Source: a virus (Duplodnaviria; Heunggongvirae; Uroviricota; Caudoviricetes). From it: 64,000 nucleotides of DNA. Below, in pieces: positions 56,615 through 64,000 of the stretch. How positions within the stretch are numbered: position 1 is the stretch's first letter; each line of letters opens with the position of its first letter. The translations under genes were made by a program, and so were the position numbers. Where the stretch lies: the IMG/VR virus record IMGVR_UViG_3300042894_007411. One strand, written 5' to 3'. Below the pieces are notes generated by a model. That model was not told the DNA's origin and did no database searches. It worked only from the letters and a program-made list of their open reading frames with translations.

Positions 56615-56684
56615 TTTTTTTAACGATTATATTTAATCCAAACTTTTATGTTTCAAAACTGTTTTCATCATGATATATAAATCT

Positions 56685-57875
56685 ATGGAAAATAGAATTT
56701 TAAATTTTTCTGATTTCATCTTGGAATCAACAATTAACAGGCCAAATTACTGGGAGGTCAATTACCCTGATAAATGGAAGGCTTTGCAAGATCTTGGGTT
56801 TGTGGATGTAACCACAGATAGAATGAAGAAAAATGGAAATAACATCATCATAAAAAACGACAATTTACCTCTTTACCCCGCCGGAATTTACTATCAAGAT
56901 TCGGGATATTTAAGAAACGTTGCTGCAAAAAATGGATTTATTACCAGAGACATGAATTGGGTTCAAGCAGCAGATTACTTGATTGATAAATTTAGCAAAT
57001 TAAAACAAATTATTCCTTCAGGCGTTCCCCCAAAAGTTTTCATTTCAATTTTAGAAAAATTAGAAAGATCGATTGTATCAAAATCGTCAGGAAAAAAAGT
57101 AATATTTGATCCATCTTCTAAAGAAGTTACTGTAAAAAGTACATTTGTACTTCATGTGGATGAAATTCCAGAATTTATATCTTTGGGTTACAAATTAGGT
57201 CATGTGGATTCATTCAAATTGAAAGGAGATTTGACCCGTTATCCAGAAATAACTAAAGCACAATGCGATTTAATTTTTCCATCTGAATGTAATGAATTGG
57301 AGGTTTTGGGTGTGAAATTTTCATCGGATTGTCAAAATGTTCCTATTTTTCCACCCGCAAGAACTTCGATAAATGTAAATATAGAGGGAATTAAAAATTT
57401 AAAATGCTTAAGTCCAGATCAACCACAAAAGATTGAAAGTTTAAAGGTTATAAGTGACCTTGAATCTCTGTATGGATTATACATCATTCAATGTGAAAAA
57501 GTAAATTTAAGAGTAAAAAAAAATACAGGACCTCGACCTTGGGAAAATAAACTCACTGGATTGACATTCCCAGACAGCTCTAACGATCCTTATTATTCTG
57601 GCGTCAAAACTACGGGCTGGGACATTGAAAATTGGGTAAAAGTTCTCCGAGAAGGAAATGAAGAGCAAAAAAAACTGATGATAACACTTCCGATGCTAGA
57701 TTCAAACTTTTGGAATGAACGGATGGAAGAAAATCCAGGTGAAACAATCCACATTTTGGCCCCGATTTGGAATGATCCAGGATTTACAGAAATAAACAAG
57801 GGAATTAAAATTCCTCCCGGATATGAAGACCAATTAGATTTGTTTTCTGGATTTTCGGAACTGGGATTGTTCTAG
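56685..57875 (+). CDS. divergent member of the LRR-cap family
   Basis: C-terminal cap GW....W..VL..G....KKL..TLP...KIPPGYEDQLDLFSGFSELGLF. Confidence 0.85.
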   Translation: MENRILNFSDFILESTINRPNYWEVNYPDKWKALQDLGFVDVTTDRMKKNGNNIIIKNDNLPLYPAGIYYQDSGYLRNVAAKNGFITRDMNWVQAADYLIDKFSKLKQIIPSGVPPKVFISILEKLERSIVSKSSGKKVIFDPSSKEVTVKSTFVLHVDEIPEFISLGYKLGHVDSFKLKGDLTRYPEITKAQCDLIFPSECNELEVLGVKFSSDCQNVPIFPPARTSINVNIEGIKNLKCLSPDQPQKIESLKVISDLESLYGLYIIQCEKVNLRVKKNTGPRPWENKLTGLTFPDSSNDPYYSGVKTTGWDIENWVKVLREGNEEQKKLMITLPMLDSNFWNERMEENPGETIHILAPIWNDPGFTEINKGIKIPPGYEDQLDLFSGFSELGLF

Positions 57876-57889
57876 AAATTTAAATCAAA

Positions 57890-58660
57890 ATGAAACATTT
57901 ATTTCCCTTTCCTCTGTTTGAATCCCGCAAACCTCCTTTAACCAAAGAACAGATTCAATTTTTGGAATTTCACACTACCGGAACATGTAATTATAATTTT
58001 TCCTCCGGGAAAATAGACGTGGATGGGGTTTTTAGTTTAGAAGAAGATCAAGATTCTCTGATGGGATTGGAATTTGGAGTGGTCGAAGGAGGTTTCTCAA
58101 TAAATGCAAATTTTCAAAATTTGAAAGGATTTCCAGAGGTAGTCGATGGTTTATTTTTTCTCCAATCAGATTTAATTTCAGATCTCACCGGATCACCACA
58201 GTTTATAGAAAATTGTATGATACACAGCAAAAGCTTAAAATCTTTAAAGGGGGGTCCCAGAGAAGTAGGATCTATGAGTCTCACCATTGAATTTCCATCT
58301 ATTCAAAACTTACAAGGGGCTCCTGAAATTGTCAAAGAAAAGTTTAGATTAAGAATTTCGGGGTTCAAAAGTGGATCCCCCATGGTGATAGTGTTTCTGC
58401 CTTTTACCTGGAACTTAGAGGGAAAGATTGAAATGTTAAAATTACAAAAGGGGGAAGAAAAAAATTTACTTTCTACTTTAATTTCTGTGGAGGATGTTAA
58501 AAAATCTTTTAAAGAAAGACCATCACAAACTTTATATGACCTCGTAGAAGTGTGGAATTTACCCGGATTTTCAGAGATAAAAAAACAAATTCAAATCCCA
58601 GCAAATTTTAGGGACCAATTTGATTTAATGACAGGATTTAATGAACTAGGATTATTTTAG
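57890..58660 (+). CDS. divergent short-LRR protein
   Basis: MKHLFPFPLFE; LKGFP, LTGSP, LKGGP and LQGAP modules; MTGFNELGLF end. Confidence 0.85.
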   Translation: MKHLFPFPLFESRKPPLTKEQIQFLEFHTTGTCNYNFSSGKIDVDGVFSLEEDQDSLMGLEFGVVEGGFSINANFQNLKGFPEVVDGLFFLQSDLISDLTGSPQFIENCMIHSKSLKSLKGGPREVGSMSLTIEFPSIQNLQGAPEIVKEKFRLRISGFKSGSPMVIVFLPFTWNLEGKIEMLKLQKGEEKNLLSTLISVEDVKKSFKERPSQTLYDLVEVWNLPGFSEIKKQIQIPANFRDQFDLMTGFNELGLF

Positions 58661-58806
58661 TTTTTAATATTTAGAATTTTTAATTATTATTTTCCATTTT
58701 TAAATATTTTTGTTACCAAATAAGAAAAAAATCATTATTTTTAAGGTAAAATCTCATTTGATCCATTTTAACCGAAATCTTTTACGGTTTTTGAAATAAA
58801 ATAAAC

Positions 58807-59475
58807 ATGATTGAATTTCCCGGAAAATCACAGGTTTCTAAGTTAAATCTTTGGTTTCAACTTATTGCCGATTTCATTAGATATAAAATCGTTTATTCGG
58901 TAGAAGAATTTTTGTTTTTATTTAAAAATTACCTTCGAAACATTTGGATTTTTCGAAAAGCACTTGCTAGCCACGTTTGTTGGGATTCTGGGTCAATTTT
59001 ATACTTCTTAGAATTGGGGATAGACGATATTAGAAAAAATATTCAGGAAAAAGGAAAAGAGATCTCTATTTCTAGGAATAAAAAAATCCAAAAAATGGAC
59101 AGAGCTGTCCAAATTCTTTCAAATATTAGGGAAGACAAATATTTTCTTTTGGCTGAAAATGAATTGGGCAAAATCCACACAGGAAAAACGTGGTTCGAGC
59201 CGTATCTTCCAAATTCAGAAGAAGAGAAACAATGTGAAGGTTCGGAATCAGAGTTTCCTTTGTATGAAATGAAAGATGACCTTTCCGAAGAACAAAAGGC
59301 ACACAATTCTAAAATTTTTAGCAGATCCCATGAACTAGAAAAGCTGGAATGGGAAGAATTATTTCAGATTCTGCAGGGGAAAGACAATTTAGAAAATTTG
59401 GAGACTTCAGAAGAATCAGATGATCCCTGGGGAAAAGCATACGACGGTTCGGGTTTAAAATCTTGGTGGGATTAA
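58807..59475 (+). CDS. conserved hypothetical phage protein
   Basis: KNYLRNIWIFRKAL..H..WD...SWWD. Confidence 0.8.
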   Translation: MIEFPGKSQVSKLNLWFQLIADFIRYKIVYSVEEFLFLFKNYLRNIWIFRKALASHVCWDSGSILYFLELGIDDIRKNIQEKGKEISISRNKKIQKMDRAVQILSNIREDKYFLLAENELGKIHTGKTWFEPYLPNSEEEKQCEGSESEFPLYEMKDDLSEEQKAHNSKIFSRSHELEKLEWEELFQILQGKDNLENLETSEESDDPWGKAYDGSGLKSWWD

Positions 59476-59512
59476 AAAATTTATCTTTTCATACAAAATT
59501 CAATTTTCAATT

Positions 59513-59731
59513 ATGACTAATTCATACGTTATCATCAAAAATTACAAAACTCCAGCTGGTACAACAGTTCCTGTTATCATGTTAGATTCTCAAGGAGAAG
59601 TTTTGGAATTCTCCTCTGAAACTGAAGCAGAAACTATGAGACAGATGTTTCAGAAAAATTCAGATTCTGGTTATAGATTTTCTCTCCGTGAAATCAAAGG
59701 TCACTTTCCACCTTCAACATTGAACTCATGA
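59513..59731 (+). CDS. hypothetical protein
   Basis: 72 aa. Confidence 0.75.
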   Translation: MTNSYVIIKNYKTPAGTTVPVIMLDSQGEVLEFSSETEAETMRQMFQKNSDSGYRFSLREIKGHFPPSTLNS

Positions 59732-59925
59732 GCAAAAGAGATCCTTTACTAGCCAAATTGAGAACTCCGGTTCACATTGATTTTATTGCCACATATATTC
59801 TTAAGGAATCTAGGGATAAAACCAGAGAAATTTTACAGGAATATATTGATGCAGGAATAGTGGGGGAGAGCCCTTTGGCCAAAGATTATTTTGGGGTCAT
59901 AAATCCCCAATCGGCGAATAAATAA
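59728..59925 (+). CDS. small winged-helix-like protein
   Basis: LRTPVHIDFIATYILK...ILQEYIDAGIV.ES. Confidence 0.7.
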   Translation: MSKRDPLLAKLRTPVHIDFIATYILKESRDKTREILQEYIDAGIVGESPLAKDYFGVINPQSANK

Positions 59926-59986
59926 TTTATTTTTCTTGGAACAAATCTTGAGTTTGTAAATTAAACTCAAGATAAATTTGTTTTTT

Positions 59987-61261
59987 ATGAGCAATAAAAA
60001 TCCTAGAATTTTTGTGCAAATTGCATCCTATAGAGATCCTCAGTTGGTGAATACTATAGAGGACATGATCAAAAATTCTAAATTTCCGAAAAATTTGGTT
60101 ATTGGATTGTGTAGACAATATCACCCCGAGGATGGGTTCGACAATGTGGATAAGTTCAGGAAAGACAAAAGATTCAGAATTATTGATGTTCCTTATTCTG
60201 AAAGTAAAGGTGTTTGCTGGGCGAGAAACCAAGTCCAACAGAAATACTCTGGTGAAGAATTTACCCTTCAAATTGATTCACACATGAGATTTGCTCCTGA
60301 TTGGGATGAAACACTTGTAGGAATGGTAAAACAGTTGCAGGAAGAAGGCTATGAAAAACCCTTGCTCACTTCTTATGTTTCTTCTTTCGATCCAGAAAAT
60401 GATCCAGCCGCTAGGGTACAAGAACCATGGAGAATGTCATTTGACCGTTTTATTCCAGAGGGTGCAGTTTTCTTTTTGCCTGAAACAATTCCAAACTGGC
60501 GCAATCTGACATCTCCGGTTCCTTCAAGATTTTACTCTGCGCATTTTGCCTTCACTTTAGGACAATTTTCAACCGAGGTCCAACATAATCCAAACTATTA
60601 TTTCCACGGGGAGGAAATTTCGATTGCTGTTCGTGCCTTCACCTGGGGGTATGATTTATTTCATCCACATAAAGTTGTTATTTGGCACGAATATACTCGA
60701 AAAGGAAGGACAAAACAGTGGGACGACGACAAAGAATGGGTCAAAAAAAACAATGTCTCTCATCTAACAAACAGAAAATTGTTTGGGATGGACGGAGAGA
60801 TTCGAGAAGGACACGATGGACCTTATGGTTTTGGTTCTATCAGAACTCTTCAACAATACGAAGAATATGCGGGTCTCCTGTTTGAAAAGAGAGCGGTACA
60901 ACAGGAAACATTGGACAAATATTATCCACCTAATCCCGGGATCAACATGTTCGAAGGAAATGAAGAAGCATGGAAAAATTCATTCTCACAAATCTTCAAG
61001 CACTGTATTGATATTAATTATAATCAAGTCACAGAAACGGACTATGATTTTTGGGTTGTTGCTTTCCACGATGAAACAGACAAGACACTTTTTCGAAAAG
61101 ATGCAGATAAGAATGAGATAAATAGAATGAAAAATGATCCAGATGGTTACTGTAAGGTGTGGAGAGAATTCAACACGACCACAAAACCTAAATACTGGGT
61201 CGTTTGGCCACACTCTGAATCCAAAGGATGGTGTGAAAGAATAACCGGAAATTTACCATAA
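59987..61261 (+). CDS. GlcNAc-transferase-like glycosyltransferase (Gnt1/GT60-like)
   Basis: IFVQIASYRDP, GVCWAR, LQIDSHMRF..DWD, GEEISIAVRAFTWGYDLFHP. Confidence 0.85.
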   Translation: MSNKNPRIFVQIASYRDPQLVNTIEDMIKNSKFPKNLVIGLCRQYHPEDGFDNVDKFRKDKRFRIIDVPYSESKGVCWARNQVQQKYSGEEFTLQIDSHMRFAPDWDETLVGMVKQLQEEGYEKPLLTSYVSSFDPENDPAARVQEPWRMSFDRFIPEGAVFFLPETIPNWRNLTSPVPSRFYSAHFAFTLGQFSTEVQHNPNYYFHGEEISIAVRAFTWGYDLFHPHKVVIWHEYTRKGRTKQWDDDKEWVKKNNVSHLTNRKLFGMDGEIREGHDGPYGFGSIRTLQQYEEYAGLLFEKRAVQQETLDKYYPPNPGINMFEGNEEAWKNSFSQIFKHCIDINYNQVTETDYDFWVVAFHDETDKTLFRKDADKNEINRMKNDPDGYCKVWREFNTTTKPKYWVVWPHSESKGWCERITGNLP

Positions 61262-61264
61262 AAA

Positions 61265-62566
61265 ATGAAAATAGTAACTTGTCAATTTTACACCAACAAT
61301 ATTCCATATAGAGAATTTTCAAAAGAAATAAATGAAAATTATTCAAAAGAGAATGGGTATATTTATTATGCTGAAAATAACAATGAAAAAATAATAGATA
61401 AATTAGAAGGAAGGTCAATTACTTGGTACAAGCCTCATTTATTACAAGAAATGATGATGAAGTACCCAACATGTGATTATATTCTATATTTAGATATTGA
61501 TGCGGTTTTTATAAATAAAGAAAGAAAAATTCAGGAATTTATAACAAATGATTTTTCAATACTAATGTCTTCTGACCATGGTCCTTCAATAGTAAATGCG
61601 GGTGTAATTTTATTGAAGAATAATAAATTCAATTATGAATTAATGTCTAAATGGTGGGAATTAGGAGAAGAATTCCCCGAGTATAAAACAGGTCTTTGGC
61701 ATGACCAAACTTGTTTAAAGTTTTTGTATGAAAGACTTGAAGATAAATCTATTTTTAAAATTATTGAAAACAACGATATAAATTCAAGAATTTATAATAA
61801 AGATAAATTTATTTTTCACGCTTTTAGTTACGGTCATTTACCTAACAGATCTTTAGACTTGGTTTATAATGATATTTTTAACAAAGAAGAATCAGGAAAA
61901 GAAACTTTAAGCCAGATTTCAAAAAAATTTCCAACAGATAAAGATTTCACTCATAATTATTTTGATGCCGTATATGAACCACATTTCTCCAAAATAAGAG
62001 AGAACGTAAAAAAATTTTGTGAAATAGGTGTTGGTGGTTTTTGGGGTGAAGTAGGATGGGTTCCCGGAAACTCTTTAAGAGTATGGGAAGAATATTTTCC
62101 TAATGCTAACATACTTGGTTTAGATCTTAATGATTATGATTTGGTAAGTGAGAATAGAATTACTGTTGATTATATTGACCAATCTAAAAAAGAACTTGTG
62201 GACGAATATGCGGAAAAATTATACGATTATGATATAATTTTAGATGATGGTTCACATAATATTCATGACCAACAAATTACTTTTGCATCTTTTTTTAAAT
62301 CATTAAAAAAAGGTGGAATATTTGTTATTGAAGATTTACATAGTAGTATTGAAGTAAAAATACCTGAAAAAAGAACAGTTTGGGGTTGGGGCGACCCAAC
62401 AAAAATTACAACATTAGAAATGTTAGAAAGCTTTAAACAAACAGGTAAAATTATTTCTGATTACTTAAGTGATGAAGAAAAGTATTATTTAGAAGATAAT
62501 ATTAGTTCCGTAGAAATTTTTACTAACTCACCTACAAGTATAACATCAATAATAATAAAAAAATAA
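61265..62566 (+). CDS. GT34 (GMA12/MNN10)-like glycosyltransferase fused to a class I methyltransferase
   Basis: WYKP...YLDIDA...NAGV...HDQ; EIGVG...GLD...DIILDDGSH...LKKGGIFVIEDL. Confidence 0.8.
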   Translation: MKIVTCQFYTNNIPYREFSKEINENYSKENGYIYYAENNNEKIIDKLEGRSITWYKPHLLQEMMMKYPTCDYILYLDIDAVFINKERKIQEFITNDFSILMSSDHGPSIVNAGVILLKNNKFNYELMSKWWELGEEFPEYKTGLWHDQTCLKFLYERLEDKSIFKIIENNDINSRIYNKDKFIFHAFSYGHLPNRSLDLVYNDIFNKEESGKETLSQISKKFPTDKDFTHNYFDAVYEPHFSKIRENVKKFCEIGVGGFWGEVGWVPGNSLRVWEEYFPNANILGLDLNDYDLVSENRITVDYIDQSKKELVDEYAEKLYDYDIILDDGSHNIHDQQITFASFFKSLKKGGIFVIEDLHSSIEVKIPEKRTVWGWGDPTKITTLEMLESFKQTGKIISDYLSDEEKYYLEDNISSVEIFTNSPTSITSIIIKK

Positions 62567-62666
62567 TTATGTTAGAAATTTATAGAACTAGACCAGATTG
62601 GATTATAAGGGCTATTGTAACAAAAGATCCTTCAAGAATAGTTAAAGTTAAACCCGAATAATTCCA

Positions 62667-63701
62667 ATGGACAATTTCAATACAAATCAAATTTCAACGG
62701 ATGTTGAAAATTCAATTCAGAATTCAGAGGAAATAAAAATAATCGTTGTTTATCACACCTATTTGGTCAATCAATGGAGGATTCAAGTTGAAGAACAGTT
62801 AAAAAGATTATATGATTCTGGATTATATGATGCAGCAGATAAAATTTGTGTTACTTCCGATTTAGGAGAAACCACAAGAGAAGAGGCAATAGAATTTTTC
62901 TCTGCATTTCCAAAATTAGAAATTGAATTATCGGATCAAAATTATGGAGAATATTTAGCGATTAGAAAAGTAAGAGAACTATCCTTCCTCCATAAAAATG
63001 CTAAAATTTTGAACTTTCATACTAAAGGGATTTTCAACAATTGGATAACTTTTAATGGAAAAGAAAAATCTGAAAGAAAAATTAAAAATTCAAAAGCATG
63101 GAGATATTGCATGGAATATTTCACCATAGACAGATGGAGAGAGTGTGTTGAATTACTTGAAACTTGGGACAATGTTGGGGTCACGTGCAACGGAGGATGG
63201 TATTGGGGTAATTTCTGGTGGAGTTCATTCAAACACATCAGTAAAACAATAGAACCCCATCACTCCACCAGATGGACAAATGAAGCCTGGCTTAATTGTG
63301 AAATTCCAGACTCTAAAAACTTCGAGTTCTGGCATTTTGAAATTGATCCATTCCAATCCGAATTAAGGCCAGAATTTTACATGGGGGGATTTGAGAAATA
63401 CAAACAAGATAGACTAATAGTTAAATCTGCTTTATGGGGATCATGTCCTTTTGAAATAGACGAAGGTTATTCTGGTTACAAATTCGGAATTACTGAAGAT
63501 GTAACAGAAAAAGTACAGGCTTCAATCGATCAAAACGGTGGAACGAAAATAGATTTCACAGTAGGGTTTAATTTTTTTAATACTGACCCTATTTTCGGTT
63601 ATAGGAAATGTTTAGATGTTGAATTATATCCAGAAACAAATCCAAATTTAATTATTAGATTAGGACAAAGAGAAGGACACCTATTTAAATTCTCTTTTTA
63701 A
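62667..63701 (+). CDS. putative glycosyltransferase with a C-terminal lectin-like (DP..G..K.L) domain
   Basis: NFHTKG...W...MEYF...WYWGNFWW...E.W; DPIFGYRKCL. Confidence 0.6.
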   Translation: MDNFNTNQISTDVENSIQNSEEIKIIVVYHTYLVNQWRIQVEEQLKRLYDSGLYDAADKICVTSDLGETTREEAIEFFSAFPKLEIELSDQNYGEYLAIRKVRELSFLHKNAKILNFHTKGIFNNWITFNGKEKSERKIKNSKAWRYCMEYFTIDRWRECVELLETWDNVGVTCNGGWYWGNFWWSSFKHISKTIEPHHSTRWTNEAWLNCEIPDSKNFEFWHFEIDPFQSELRPEFYMGGFEKYKQDRLIVKSALWGSCPFEIDEGYSGYKFGITEDVTEKVQASIDQNGGTKIDFTVGFNFFNTDPIFGYRKCLDVELYPETNPNLIIRLGQREGHLFKFSF

Positions 63702-63731
63702 AATTTCTTTTGTGATTATCTACAAAATTAT

Positions 63732-64000
63732 ATGAAAAACAACTTTACAATTGTTACAGGATTATGGGATTTGAAAAGAGGAGATTTGGAAGGTTGGGCT
63801 AAAAGAGATTTCTCCTATTATAAATCTAAATTTTTTGAGTTACTCGAAACAGATGTGCCCATGGTCATTTGGATTTCTGATGACCTAAGAACCGAGGTAG
63901 AGGAGGTGAGACAAGGGAAACCCACATCGATTCAAATTAAAAATTTGGAGGATTTTAAAACTTGGAATCCTTTTTTCCATCAAATACAAGAAATTAGAAA
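63732..64000 (+). CDS. HtrL/YibB-like putative glycosyltransferase (truncated by window edge)
   Basis: MKNNFTIVTGLWDLKRGDL.GWAKRDFSYYKSKFFELL. Confidence 0.65.
   Translation, partial: MKNNFTIVTGLWDLKRGDLEGWAKRDFSYYKSKFFELLETDVPMVIWISDDLRTEVEEVRQGKPTSIQIKNLEDFKTWNPFFHQIQEIR

Noticed and set aside
59927-60271. 114-aa minus-strand ORF
   Set aside because: Antisense to the well-supported glycosyltransferase.
1-64000. Alternative genetic code (stop-codon recoding as in some large Bacteroidota phages)
   Set aside because: Recognisable proteins are full length in code 11, and TAA, TAG and TGA all terminate paralogs at equivalent positions.
1-64000. Eukaryotic giant-virus or cellular origin (LRR expansions, Gnt1-like GT)
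   Set aside because: The bacterial sigma-70, Bacteroidota promoter boxes, coupled operons, intrinsic terminators and phage-type small genes fit a bacteriophage; no housekeeping operons or NCLDV markers are seen.

Overview
The window looks like part of a large (jumbo-type) tailed-phage genome infecting a Bacteroidota host. This is inferred from host-type TTTG-N20-TAnnTTTG promoters, a Bacteroidota-style short sigma-70 and dense small ORFs in the standard code; no capsid, terminase or polymerase gene lies in the window. It has three parts. (1) A leftward block (1-28162) of small early/middle-type genes. It holds a ~5 kb RNA cluster (4294-9432) with one canonical tRNA(CAU), a degenerate initiator tRNA, ten tRNA-like elements that share acceptor stem and T-arm but have unrelated cores, and long structured non-coding stretches. 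It also holds a 5-gene beta-hairpin repeat array, an attC-like cassette array (21.2-25.0 kb) with antisense ORFs, tRNA-Arg(UCU) and a sigma-70 gene. (2) A GC-richer 1.4 kb divergent spacer with iteron-like repeats. (3) A rightward block preceded by GATATATA boxes. It is dominated by 12 close and 2 divergent paralogs of a short-LRR protein with constant caps, 2-11 modules of 21 aa and hypervariable binding-face residues. Other families there share an MKH..FE N-terminus and an SGF(E/D)(D/E)LG peptide. The block ends with mgsA, an Rnl1-type RNA ligase, a 2OG-Fe(II) oxygenase and a glycosyltransferase cluster. The strongest candidates for undescribed systems are the VLR-like LRR repertoire, the tRNA-scaffold array and the integrase-less attC cassette array. 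All functional claims are inferences from sequence alone.
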